Positions 1 through 12,919 of a DNA stretch of 64,000 nucleotides are shown one piece after another. Within the stretch, counting starts at the first letter, position 1, and every line of letters begins with the position of its first letter. Origin of the DNA: Cystobasidiomycetes sp. EMM_F5. Its lineage: Eukaryota. The position numbers were made by a program, and so were the translations under genes. The notes beneath the pieces are model-generated. The model was not told the origin of the DNA. It made no database searches and saw only the letters and a program-made list of their open reading frames with translations. The stretch spans positions 1 to 64,000 of the forward strand of contig JBPGPT010000025.1 in the NCBI GenBank assembly GCA_051047955.1. Direction: 5' to 3'.

Positions 1-55
1 TCCATCCTCCATCCTCCATCCTCCATCCTCCATCCTCCATCCTCCATCCTCCATC
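1..55. repeat. Tandem heptamer repeat (TCCATCC)n, truncated by window start
   Basis: Nearly 8 perfect copies of TCCATCC from base 1. Confidence 0.95.
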
Positions 56-517
56 AATCTCTGCTACGCAATCATGCTTAGACGTCTGTACAAATTGCGC
101 CCCTGGTTACGGCTTGGGCGGAGACAAAGTATGCCAGAAATGCAAAGGTCATGAATACAGCAAGGGCGGTACGAAGCGTAAGCGTGCTCTCATTCGGTTG
201 ACATACTCGAAATGACAAGGGTCGGGCTAAACTTTCGATACTGCCACTCTGCTCGCTAGCTTGTGCCAAATGCCCGGCCGGCTACGTACCAACTTCAGAT
301 CATGCCGATTGTCACAAGAAGACTACGAGCAGAAGATGGGTACCGGTCGGCGAGCCGGAGCAGCATTGAATGGAGCAAAGATCACGACTGAGAAAAGGAA
401 TCGGCTGAGGGCTAGACAGTAGAGCTTTACACGTCGTCGACCCCTCAAACCACGTTTAGCGTTGCTACAGCCATTAAGGAGTTATACTACAATGGAATCT
501 ACGTAAGCTGACTAGGC

Positions 518-3500
518 TTAAGTCGTCATCCTTGCGAACATCTGGTCTATGTCATTGGCTCGACTGACTCCATCAGTCGGTTTGTGGGAGGTACCGCCAA
601 TCCCAGCACCGCACTCCGGACATCTCGCCAGCTGCATTGGCAGTCCGCATTCACCGACTGTAAATGGATGGCCATTAGCGCATCGATACCAATGACCAGC
701 CGAATTGCCAATATCCCTCTTCATAGCTTCGTATACCATGCTCATCTCTGCATTACTCAGCTTCTCTCGCAGCATTCGGCGGACTTTGAGTGCTTGGGCT
801 TGGACAGAGGCTATCCAGGAAGGTATTGTCTGACCGCCAAGATCGGGGCGCTCTTGCTGCAGGCGCTGCATGTTGCGTTGATGGATGGACGTCTGTGCAT
901 TGCAGATGTCTTCCGCAGCCCGTAAGCGCAAGGTAGCTGATTCGCTTAACTCTTCAACATTTACGCGATGCCATGTATCTGCCTTGGATTCATTGATGCC
1001 GCACTCCATTGCTGCTGACCTGGCCCACAGGATGTAGGCTTCCGCTTCTAGACGGTGATTCGAGCTCGATCCAGCTTCCGTAGACAACAATTCACATTGG
1101 GTGCGTGCATCGGACAGATCAATCCGCAGTTTTCCAGCGATGCCAACCGGCGTTTTGTCGTGGACGGCGAGTACATCGTTTACCAGCACCAAATAGCTGT
1201 GAATGTAGAGACATGCAGCCTGTAGCCGCTCCCGTGGCTGCAATTCCTCGCTGACGAATTGTGCGATGTCGCCAGAAATCGTCTTCTGCTGACGAGCTAC
1301 TTCCACCAGATCATGGACGCGTCGATAAGGCTGTTCCTCGTCTTGCAATCGCTTGACATATTGTCTGATGCCGGCAACGACACCTAGCAGCTTGCCATAG
1401 CGACTTCTCGTCTGCAGCTTCGCTACATTTACCAGTTGAGCATCGATTGTTCCGTTCAGTCTGACCGTCTGTGTAGGCTTGCGCAGGGAGTCTACAGTCT
1501 TGACAAGATCAGCTTGAAACTCCTCTAGACGTATGACCAGGCCCTGATGCTTGTATTTAGCCCAGTCAATCAGCTTTTTTGCAGATTCATCGAGAGCCGC
1601 CCGTTTGACAAGTCGACCGTAGCGAGCAACGCCACGGAGTGATGCACGGCACTCCGGGCACGGCTTGGACTCCTTCATCGAGAATGGCTCGACGCTGCTC
1701 TTGATGCCTGTATACCTTCCCGTTGCTGCATCGATCTCGTAGAAATCCGTCATGCTCATGGTCCCGTCAAGGGAATCGACGGTGAAGATATGTCCGCAAG
1801 GTGTAAAGATGCAGGGATCGGCGTCGAGATCTACCTCGCCGTAAGTGGTGAGCATAAGCAGATCAGCTTGGATGTTTCTGATGGCATCGCTGCCGCGCGT
1901 CTGGCAGAACTTGGCATCTGGACACCTTTCCCCACAGACCGACGGACAGCGGCAGCCACACGACAACAGCTCGTCGCACCGCGTGATGCACGGCAGATAA
2001 TCGCAGGGCGCAGCACACGGCATAGTGCAGCCGCCACTTTCGGTGTGCGAACATAGCCAGCCGTTTCCACATTCGGCCTCCGAGCAGGGCGTGCATGGTT
2101 CGTAGCATTGCTTCGAGCAGCGAGCATGGGCACAGCTGGATTCGCAAGGCACCGTGCAGAGGGGACAGGGTGATGCAGCATGACACTCTGCATTGCATCG
2201 ATGTTGACAAGTCGTATGATTGCGACCACATCTTTGCAAGCATGCCCCGTGATCAATCTTGACGACGCTGCCGTCACTTCTCTGCTGGCACTCATAACAC
2301 TTCCGCAAACACTTATGTCCACAAGGCAGATCCTGCTCGCAGGGGGCAGTGCACTGGAAGCTGTCGAGCGTAACGTCGACGTGGCATGCGGTAGGCAATA
2401 CGTGGTTGCAGCCAGGGACCGTGCGATGGACTACTTCGTTGCACCGGATGAGTGCTGGGTTCTGATACTGGTAGCAAGGGATAGTGTCTTTCGCGTGGCC
2501 GCAAGGTAGCTCGAGCACTGTCGAGGTAAGGACGTATTTGCAGACGCGATCGCATTGCTGACCGCATGGCTTTTCGCACAGGTGGTTGCAGCCTGTCTTG
2601 AGTCTCGTGCACGCTTTCATGCAATGGACGGCGTTGTGGAGTAGGTTGCTGTGGCATTTCGCAATGCAAGCATGCCCGCACTCTAGCTGCCTGTCGCAAG
2701 TCAGATCGCATCCGGCTTCTGGAGCGAGGCGAGCAAAGTCTTCCGGCGCTTCGACAGTTATCGGCGTTAGCGGATGCCTTGGACAGCACAGCTCTAGCGC
2801 TGTATCAATGTTGCAGCCGTCTCGGAAGATCTGCACCACCTCCTGCCACATTGGAACGCTGCAAGCGGTCTCTGAATTTCCGATAATGTACATGCCGTGC
2901 TGTGCGCGTGACAGCAAGACGTTGATGCGATTGGGCGTCTTCAAAAAGCCAACACTCCCATCTGGATTGCTTCGAACGAGGGAAACAATGATGACCTTCG
3001 CCTCTTCGCCTTGAAAATTGTCGACTGTGGCTAGCCGGATGGCTTGATTTAGCGTTGCTTTGGTGTGAGCAGGCTCCGGAACATTGGCATGGCCTGCATT
3101 AGTGTCGACTTGCAATTCATCATTCTCGAGTTCTGCCACGTCTCTCTCGTTGAGCAAAATCGTGTGAGATTTGGCGAATTTATTCCGAAGGCATCGTAGT
3201 TGTCCCAGGTATGGCGTAATCACAGCAATATCCGTAGGCGAATACACGCCTTGAGAAGCTAAGTGTTTCACCAGACACGCTACCATTTCTACCTCGTATG
3301 CATTTGAGCGTGAGGAGTTCCACTCTTGTCCGTTCCTGCTGTCCTCAGGCTTCTCGTGATGGATCCAGAAAAGGCGACGACGCATACCAACGATCTCAGG
3401 ATGAAGACCAACGGAAGGGTCGTCCTGAAGTCGGGGATACTGCGTTCGGCGCACGAGCTGTGTTTTGGAAGGGTGCATATGTCTCTGCACTTCTAGAGTC

Positions 3501-6500
3501 GATAAAGGAAGCGGCTGTGCATATGCTCCTTGTGGGCGTACCAGCCGCTCGAAAAGCGAGACATCGAGAGCATATTGACTGCCTCGGGGCGATTCGGAGG
3601 ACAACTCATAATTCTGCACCTGGGTCGCAATTGCTGATGATCACCTATCAAGATGAGGTGCTCGAGAGATGGCAACAGCGAAGTGAGAAGATGCGCTTCC
3701 AGTATCTCGCCCGCTTCCTCGCAGATCAGCACTTTCGGCCTCACAGCCTGCAGCAGCTCAATCTTTCCAGCTAAGCCGCTGGTCGTAACGCCAATGATAT
3801 TTGCTTGTCGAAGGACCCGTAGGTTGACTTCTGTCTTGATCCCACCCAAATTGACCTGGATATCGCTGAATGATATCGTTACGCGTTCCAGCTTTTCAAG
3901 AACGTCGTACTCCATATCCGATATCCAGAAATCAAACATGAGGCGTCGCTCAGCTTTATGCATGTCCATGAGATCGCAGTCCTCCAAAGCTGTTCTGTTT
4001 CTGAAGCGGGAGGGCCCTGAACCGCCTCCTTTAAGCCATGTCTGCAGCTCCGTATCCTCTTTGCGACCTGCCACGTGCCAGCCGTCTTCATCGAGTGCAT
4101 ACAACTCGGCATATGCAGCAGGGTAATTATCCGCGAGGAAAGCTTTGACTGCAGCGTGGCTTCGAATTGAGTCAAAATCTTCGATGAGGGCGTTGAATTC
4201 CTCCGCCTCGTCTTTCAGGGAGGTCTTTAGAAGCCAGCGCTGATGACCTTCACTTTTAGTGAATTCCTCTCGCTGAGCGAGAAGCTGTAGATTAACATCC
4301 TGTAGCCGCTCTGATTTTGATCTACTGCCGATGCGGACGATGTTAGATACGCCATCGTCAAGGGATCGCTCGAGTATGGCATCCAATGCATGATTTGTGT
4401 GGGTGCACACGACGATGGGGCCAATTTGAGTGGATGGCTTGTTTGCTAGCATGACCCTGACGAGCTGCACTCCCGTGTACGATTTGCCCGAACCCGGAGG
4501 TCCTTGGATCAGAGCAACAGACTGAGCCAGAGAGGATAGCACCGCTCTGGACTGGCCTCGATCAAGAGTTGATGTCTCACACAGCTTGTCTGCGATGTCC
4601 TCAACACTGTCTGTGGCAGCAAAGCGAAGTTCATCCTCGTCCGTAGTAATAATACTTGACAAGTTGTACTTGAAGCCAGGTCGGGTTGCATAATTGGGTG
4701 GGCGGACCATGATCTCGCGCTCCGGATTCTCTACAGATGATACTGGTGCGAGAATGTCGCTGAAGGGCACGTCCAAAGTTCTGCTGGCGCGCTGTAGAGC
4801 CTCCAAGGTGTGACTGAATGCGGGAAGTAATACTCCAGGGAATTCTACCAGGGACAACTGGACGTTCTCGTTCCTCTTGACCGTGAGGGACAGCAAGGTG
4901 CGAATGTCTCTATCATTTACCAGCTTGGCGACTACGTAGGCATGGTCGGGATCCTTCTCGATCTTGTACTGCGTTTGCAGCTGACTTGGCTTGAAGCTCA
5001 ACTTTGCGACAACGAGGAAGAGGGCAACGCCGGTAGAGCTTAGGAGACAAACAAGCGAGTCCGGTCCAAGACGCCTAGACTGCTCGAACCACGTCTTGCG
5101 GGCGGAAGGAGTTGGTTGGGAATTACCAGGTGGGCGAGTGAATCGGAGGGCTGCCTGTATGCCATCAAACTCGTCAATTCTGACAGCACTAACAGACACG
5201 TCAACGTAGACATGTGTACGAGCTCCTTGACGTTGCTGCTCGACTATGCGCTGTCCTGGATGGGTGAGCCTCTGCAGCTCAACCTTGACAGCATCTCGCA
5301 GCTGCCCAACAGTGTCCTCCCTAAGCAAGCGGAAGTTCCGATCTATGAGACCAGCCATGCCACCAAAGTGCCATTCGCGCGGGTCAACTTGCGGGAGGTA
5401 CTCATTTCGAGCACTGGCAATCTCTTGCAAGGTTGGCAGAATTTGAATGTCGTCTACATGAATTTTATCATTGTCGTGCCTTGCTCCAATCTCGGACAAC
5501 TCGCCGGGCAGATGGTGCGAGAGCTGAAATGTGGCACGAGGTCCGGTCAAAGCATGACCATTCTCGAATGCAGCGACAGCCTGTCCGATGCCCAGTCGCC
5601 GTCGAAGCCGCTCGACGTCATTCTTAGCCCCGGCAATAGCGAATGCAGCACTGTTTGGCAGGCTATTGAGCAGTCCGGCGAACGCGTCTGCCACGGCTAC
5701 GAATTCCGATTCTGTGTGTGCCAGCGTGTTGACATCGACGACGTGCGCAAGCACAGCTACGGTGCAAGAGATGCCTTGAAGCGTCTCGTCGCTTATATTC
5801 GAGTCATTTTGTGTACCTTCGGGCGACGGATCTTGTACAGTATTGAAGAACAGAGTAGCCAGAGCACCAAACAGCGATACAATGCGCTGCGTATCATTAC
5901 GTCCGAGGTAGACGATGTTGTAGATTGTCACAACATCTTTGCGAAGGAGAGGTGAAGAGTTTACATCGTCATTCGAAATCAACTTGAAGAAGGGCAGGAG
6001 TTGAGTTTCAAACTTGTCAAGCAGTTGCCTTTCCGACAGATCCGTAAAGCGCTGCGAGAGGAGCTCCTCAATTCGCAACAGCCCACCCGGTCCAGCCAGG
6101 AGGGTTATTACTTTCTGCATGTGCTCAACTCCGCTCTCGACGAGGTCAAGTGCTTGCTGGAAGAAGGCGCCAATCCCACGACCGAGCGGTCTGGCAGTCT
6201 TGAAATCGAGAGGAATCTTGTACTGAAACTCCCTGAGTTGTCGGAGATTGGCGTTGTCACTCCCGGACGGATGATCCCGTCCGCCATCTGAGGCGTGCGC
6301 GAGTCTTGACGTTTCTGTTCGGTCATGCGAGAATTTACAGGACTGTCCGTAATGACAATTTCCCTTTTCGTAGAATCGGCAAATCTTTTTCTTGTCCTGA
6401 GCTGCGTTGTCTCTCCACGTGTTTCCGTTGTGGCCATTGTGACGATTTCCGCGATTGTAGAACGGATTGCTGCGTGTAGATAGTCAATGGCAAATCTTTG

Positions 6501-6545
6501 CAGACTACAGCGCTCAATATACCACGCACTTTTTCCGAAAGTCAT
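518..6545 (-). pseudogene. ZNFX1/NFX1-type Upf1-like SF1 helicase (CCCH finger, helicase, NF-X1 fingers, RZ finger) with a 1-nt frameshift
   Basis: Helicase motifs IQGPPGSGKS, CEEAGE, LIGDHQQLRP, SLFERL, TVDNFQGEE, NVLLSRA; many CxxxLxCGH repeats; C-terminal GHWYRCANGHPFTVGECGLPMQLARCPECG. The frame upstream of 6120 stays open and reads CRFYEKGNCHYGQSCKFSH. Frame break near 3621: CGA CCC AGG TGC, where one more C gives RPQVQNY. Pseudogene versus sequencing error cannot be resolved here. Confidence 0.8.
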
Positions 6546-8509
6546 GTTGGTCGCTTTCTTGGCGTCGATGACGAGGTTTTGGTAAATTGGTAGATTTTGG
6601 GTTGAGTTTTGAGCTGCAGAATTTGCTGCTCGACAAAGGACATTTTCGTCAGCAAGACTGAAGACATGCGCATAAGGCGTCCATCACGTACCTAGCGACT
6701 GTTTTGGTTGCAGTTGTTGTCTGGATGCGATGGCGATAGCAGCAACTTGAGTCGGAAAGCCAGGCGAGCAGGATCGCAGACTGCCTCCGCCGAGTAGAGA
6801 CGACGGATCCGGACGGAGCTGGTGTTACGGATGAGTTTCTACTAGACGGAGGAGAAAGAGTCAGACTGTCAGACACGGTATCAGAGCAATCTGATGGGCA
6901 ATTCATCGCCGCGACAAAAGCCAGTCTGTCAGTAGGAACGTTGTTTTCTGCAGGATAGTGATACACGTTCCGGTAGCAGACACAGTACTTTATCATGGGA
7001 TTATTATGAAAACCTGCTTCTCCTGCTGTAACATAGTCTGGACTGACATCCGTGGGCCGTTACGAGGAACGCGGAAGCGGAGATGGAGACGGAGGTGAAA
7101 TTCAATGGCGTGAGAATATACGCAGTGCCGCAAGGTTCAGAGTGCGCAAGAATTGGCTTCACCAACGATTGAGCACTTGTCATGGATCCGAATCGCTAAA
7201 CCAACAACCTGTCAGCGAGATGACGGCAAAGATGAATGGTCAGTCAAAGAGGAAGATTGCAGATGGCGTCCTGGACGACCACAAAGGCTGCAGTTTCGCA
7301 AACGGACGCGATGCTCGCCTCGAAGATTTTGGCCAGTTTTGTTGAGCCGCCATGGGATGCCTGAAGCCATGAGTATTACAAGCTGGCTGAGGAGCTTCCT
7401 TATCAACAGATATTTAGGCCGTTGGTTCCATAATGAAATCAGCCGCCATCGTCTTGAAGATGCTCTTCCGAGTTTTGAGCTGGCTGACCTGGACTATTGC
7501 AATCCTTCGATATCGAGTTTCCACAGTATGGTCAGACCCTGACGAATGGCTGAGATTGTCGCTCTGGGCCGAGCGGATGAGTCGCAGGCAATGGTCAGCG
7601 CTGACATGCTGATCTAGCTTTCATCTGTCTCGTTCTGAAAAGGAAAATATGTTATACCCACCGACATCAAGCAGGACCATCGCGTTCGCAGTCGCTAATG
7701 CTCTTATCTCGTCAGCTTACACACTGATGCCCGATACTTTCTGCACCTCCGAGTCCTGTTTATTGCGCCGCAGATGATCCCGCAACCACAGACATCATCT
7801 TACAGACACGAGCTGACTGCTCGCAAGACGGTTTCAATTCTCCCCAAAGCCTGAATGACCGTGCTATGTATGTCGAAGAGGCTAACAGCGGTCATCCTGG
7901 AGTTCCGCACTCTCCAGCTGTAGGTCGTTTCTCGCCCACCTGATCTTATACATACATCGCCAAGCGTGTTCGTAGCCGCTGCTCTGTCGTCGCGGGACAT
8001 CGTGGTACGCAATCTATGAGCGGAGGTCCAAACACCTACATCGATCAGATACGTGCGTCCGCATGCTCTGCTCAGACATGTATGCATGGCGAGCGTCAAT
8101 CAGGTGAAAAACAGGATTGAAGATTCCTAATCTGACGCATGGACAAGCTTAAGGATAGTGCATCACTCGGCTTGATCCGCCCGCATAGCACTTGATGAAC
8201 CAGAGTCTGATGGACAGCCTCAGGCTCAATGGGCGATCCAAATGCTAAATAGCATGCCTCATGATTACTTCATGACAAGATCAAAGTACTACAAGTACTA
8301 CAACGTTCATGCCTTGTGCCAAGCTGTGAACGACACTTCACGTCTACGATACACTCACCCCATCTGCCTTCTGTGCAAGCACAGCACAGTACAACCTTGT
8401 TCAAATAGATGCACCTATACTTTGACACAAGTACGAGTTTCGCGTCGCCGCAACCGTCTGTTCATCGCCGCGAGAAGCTTTTGCGCAACCACCTTTATCT
8501 TATTCCTGG

Positions 8510-11500
8510 CTACTGCCCAGCTCCGACTTCTGGTGCGGCCGTACCAGACGGTCCAGCACTGCCATCACTGTTCTCGCCAGAATCAGCGCCGCCATCAGTG
8601 TGATTAGCGCCAGAAGCTCCTGCTGACGGTCCTCGATGAGTTGAATCACCTCTAGCTTCATCGCCATTCTCCTGCCGACCACTATTCGTAGCACTTCTAT
8701 CGTCGGTAATCGGGGCACCATTATCACCGCTGCGCGAAGCCACCGGGCTCGAGGCTGGCGGGGCAGAAGCAGAAGGCGTTATCCCAAGCACACTTTGCGG
8801 TTGCAATGTCTGCGGCTCTGCAGCGGCGGGCAAAGGCGAATGTTTGGCTGCTGCAGCCGTAGCTATTTGCGCAAGCGCTGCGCTAGCTCCCGTAGCGGCA
8901 GCTACTGCCAAAACTTGCGCACCGGATGGCGGTTTGGGCGATGGGCCGATACCGGGGTCTGCGAGGGGTGCATTCAAAAGCGAATCCGGTTTTACAGGGG
9001 TGGTAGAGATAATTTGAGAAGTAGGTTGGGATTTGCCTGATTGCTGGGATTGTGCCACTGCCGAAGTGTCTGATAGACCGGTAATTTTAAAGAGCTTCGC
9101 TTGCCAATCCCCAGAACCAGTGGCTAGGAAGCCGTTTTGCTCGGACATGGCGATAGAAATGACGGAATTCTTGTGACCATGCAGTGTAAATTGCGCTTGG
9201 CCAGTCTTCAGGTCCCACATTTGCACTGCGCGATCTTTTGAGCCGGACGCAGCCCATGCACCATCAGGAGAACACGCAACCGATAAGACAAAGTCTTTGT
9301 GTCCTATTAAAGATTGAACGCATGTTGAGCGTTGTTCGGTAGGATCGACCAAGCGATTTTGAGAGAGATCAGAGCGCAAGGTTGAGAGGTCCCAGATCTT
9401 GAGCGATTTGTCCAGAGAGCCCGTAAGCAAGCGCCGCCCTGTCCCGTCGCTACTGGAGATGAAGGCGAGCGAGTAGACGCTTTCCGCGTGTCCGCGAATA
9501 TTCTCGAGCAAGCGACCTGTTGTTAGGTCCCATATGCGCACTATGTAATCGAGGGCACCAGCCGCAAGCAGGACACCGTCTGGAGATATAGCTATACTCG
9601 TAATGCCCGTGTCTGTTTGCGAGCCGTCGGCTTTATAGCAGACATCGTCCACTCGCAGTTCGAGATCAGTCTGACCAGACTCCACCGACCAGACGCGGAC
9701 AGTATTGTCGCCAGACCCAGAGACAAGCTGCGTGCCCTTGGGTGTAAAAGCGAGCGAGTAGATTTCGCTCATATGTCCATACAACTTTCTTGACATTTGC
9801 ATCGACTCTTTCGTCGCTATATTCCATATTCTGATAATCTTGTCTTCCGATCCTGTAGCCAACAGAGTGCCGTCGGGCGAAAAGGCGACTGAGCGAATGT
9901 AGTTGTCGGGAGGAGGTCCGGCACTTTCGTCCGACAATTGCGCAATCCGCCTGCCTGACGCAGTATCATATAACGCCGTGACGCGATTGCAGCCTGTCGC
10001 GAGCAGCCGTCCGTCGGGAGATATCCGGACACAGCAGACTACGCTATCGTGAATGAAGGAGTGTATGAGTGAGACTTCGAGTGTGCGACGCCCATTCTTG
10101 GGGTATGTGACCTCCCATTCTGGCGGAGTCGGTTTCTTGGGTTGCACAGCTGGTGGAGGAGCAACTGCGGCCTGAGTCGGTACCGGATGCGTGGCTTGAT
10201 GCTGGGCTAAAGGCTGCTGTTGAGGATGATGTGGATGCTGCTGCACTTGTACTGGCTGCTGCTGTTGTTGGGGCGCGGTGGTAATCGGAGGCTGCTGAGG
10301 TGCCGGTGTATGTGCATGTGAGCTGCTAGATATTGGACGCGTCACAGACTCTTCCGAAGCTACTGCAAGCGGTCTGACGACAGGCTTGGCCTCTTGCGGT
10401 TGTTGCGCAAACACTGATGGCTCGCCGTAGGTAGGTTGCGGGTTTTGTCGAGAAAAGGGTGGCTGTAACGGCTGAGCTGGAGCTGCTGTTGGCGAGTGGG
10501 CGTAGCTGCCAGATATGTTTCGTGGCGGGAAAGCTGCTGCCGATCCAGTCCGAGATTCTATGCCTGATTTGATATCGACAAGAATCAGGCTATGAGGGTA
10601 TGTCGTCTATCAATCGGCCGGTACGATACTCACCATTTTCAGGCGCTCGTCCATCCACCATGTGAGTACGCGCTTTCGATGACGGCGGCGGTCCATCGTA
10701 GCCCATTTCCCTGTCCCTGTCCCTATCCCTCTCCCTTTCGCGATCACTGTCAACAATCATGCTTTGCCTTGCACGCTTGCCTAGGTTTTGTGGAACGTCA
10801 ACGGCCATACCATGTCCTCTTTGTGCTTGTTGTGCTGGAGTAGCTTCCTTCTCTGTCCGATATACAGGCCGCATCTCTCGGTCTCGGTCTCGTTCTCGTT
10901 CACGCTCGTCTACCTGCATACGGCTAGACTGTCCATTGCTCAGGGCGTTACCAGACGACGTAGATGCGATTGAATTGGCGTTTCGTTCACCCGGAGTTCC
11001 ACTGCCATTCCCTATTCCGCTGTGACCACCCTGACCAGCGTGTATACCTTGAGGATGGCCCATGAGTGATCCAAAGTGATTTGTCGTTGCGGGTGCGATA
11101 TTTGGAATTGGAGGACCTGTTCCTTGGGAAGCGCGGAGGGTTTCCACCTGACGGCGGAGGTCTGCAATCTTGTCTTCGTAGCTGCACATTTCCATCACCA
11201 ACGTCAGCCTGTACGCACATGGCACACCGCAATACCGCGTACATTTGCTTTACGCGCAAATGCTCCCTCTCTAGCTCTCCAAGCTCTCTTCGGATTGCCG
11301 TGACTTCCTGTACGTGGACCTCTGCGTGGCCTGCGTACTCTACATTGTCCCTCCTCGTCTGCTCTGCATCCCTGTGGACGTATTCAAACTCTGCGCGCAT
11401 ATGCTCGACGAGGTCGTTGAATCTTGCGCTCGTTCCGGGATGCAGGCTGCCCGACGCGACGACGGCTGACGGGTGCATCGGATGGCCGTGGGAGTGCTGG

Positions 11501-11679
11501 TGGGCTTGCTGAGCTGCTGCCTGTTGTTGGTGTTGGTGTTGTTGCTGCGCTGCCGCCCTCAGGGCTTCGTGCTGGTGCTGCTGGGTCGCTGCTGCTGCTG
11601 CTGCTGCTGCCATTGCTGCAGCCCCCGCGCCTGGTCCACCAGCGTGTGGATATGCGCTGCTCGTCGTCACAGCAGACAT
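8510..11679 (-). CDS. TUP1: General transcriptional corepressor Tup1 (Tup_N coiled coil plus WD40 repeats), spliced
   Basis: N-terminal RFNDLVEHMRAEFE...LEREHLRVKQM|YEDKIADLR; WD40 region HDSVVCCVRISPDGRLLATGCNR, YIRSVAFSPDG, GHKDFVLSVA, GHKNSVIS. Confidence 0.93.
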
Positions 11680-11949
11680 GGCTTCATGTGGTGTTGGCGG
11701 TGTCGAAGGAAAGCAAGAAAAGCAAGAAATTGGGTCAAAAAGGGTGCCGAATTTAGTTTGACACATGGTAGCAAAACATAAACATGGCAGCATAACTCCA
11801 TTGAGCACAACGCTAGACCGGCTACGCTTGTGAATATCATTCCGGATAGATTCACGTTGAGGTACATACTTGCCATTGTCCGATGTCAGGCACGCATACA
11901 GTAGTGAATAGTCCCGCTTCTCCATCTCCGTCATGTTCCATAGCATCCC

Positions 11950-12588
11950 TCACTTGCGTAGTTCATCCGGAGCACTCGCCGCCTGCATTTGCACGCCCTC
12001 TGCCTCCTGTGCCTTCCCAGACGCCTTCAATTCGCTGTCCCCGAATATGGTTCCAATGACTGTAAGGTAGTGAGGATGGTGAATAAAGATCATTATCGTT
12101 ATCCGCGACTCTGACGACGTCTGATAACTCACCCTGATCCACCTTGCCTTGTATCCGGTTGCCCCCTCCAGAAGCATAGTCCACTGCATCGGCAGCCTCT
12201 GCGTGCGGAGAATATAAGCACGCTGGACAGCCTTCATGTCTCTACACGATGGCATTACTCACTCAGCTCTGCATGACCTCCGTCTTCCTGTGCGACTCCG
12301 GCTTGGTGGAGATTCGTCCCAAGAGACTGATCCACTATCTTGCCGATACTCTGCTTTAACTGACCAGACGCGACATTGTATTCCTGCAGACAGAATCACA
12401 TAGAGTGTGTCAGTATTAGTGTGTGCTGACCGCCTTGCTGTGGTTGGTCGAGAGGAGGAAGGACTAAGTGAGGAGCCCCGCCTTTCTCCGACCAAATGCA
12501 TTCTCATTCTGGAAATGTGACACTCCTGCTTGGCTGCAAAGTCACTCACAGCACTCGAGCGTACTGGCTCGTGGTTTTTGCCCGACAT
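11950..12588 (-). CDS. Small CsbD/HMP1-like hydrophilic stress protein, multi-exon
   Basis: Manually spliced exons read EYNVASGQLKQSIGKIVDQSLGTNLHQAGVAQEDGGHAEL..AADAVDYASGGGNRIQGKVDQ|VIGTIFGDSELKASGKAQEAEG, with GTGAGT..CAG introns. 5' exons uncertain. Confidence 0.55.
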
Positions 12589-12919
12589 AATTACAGAGCT
12601 GTGTTGACTTGCTTCTTCCCGTTGTCTTTCGCAGATGTTCTGTGCAGACCTGTATCGACGGGTCTCTTCCGCAAATGATATTCGTTGCAACGCAAAGCAA
12701 AAAGCAGACATCACCAACGACCCTCACTTCGAGATAATATACGACTCCCAGCTCCGTCATCGAATGCAGTCGCCATCGGGATTTCAGGCACAGCTTCGGA
12801 TCTCGTGTATGGTGTTGGTGTGCCCCGTAATATACAATAACAGATACTCCTATTCGTTACACCGATATCTAGTCATTACACTGCAGCGTGTTTTTTCCTC
12901 CCTTTTTGGAAACACACCC

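Noticed and set aside
3493..3640. Programmed ribosomal frameshift or two separate genes
   Set aside because: No slippery heptamer, and the break lies inside the helicase core; a 1-nt deletion is simpler.
584..6291. Plus-strand ORFs up to 279 aa opposite the helicase
   Set aside because: Antisense shadows without recognizable motifs; the same applies to most short overlapping ORFs in the track.
6649..8240. Possible transposon or gene relic between the helicase and Tup1
   Set aside because: Only short ORFs and recurring TGTCAG-like words; no transposase motif, terminal repeats or target duplication found.
10185..11625. Poly-Gln/Ala and RE/RD repeats in Tup1
   Set aside because: Low-complexity linkers are usual in Tup1 orthologs.
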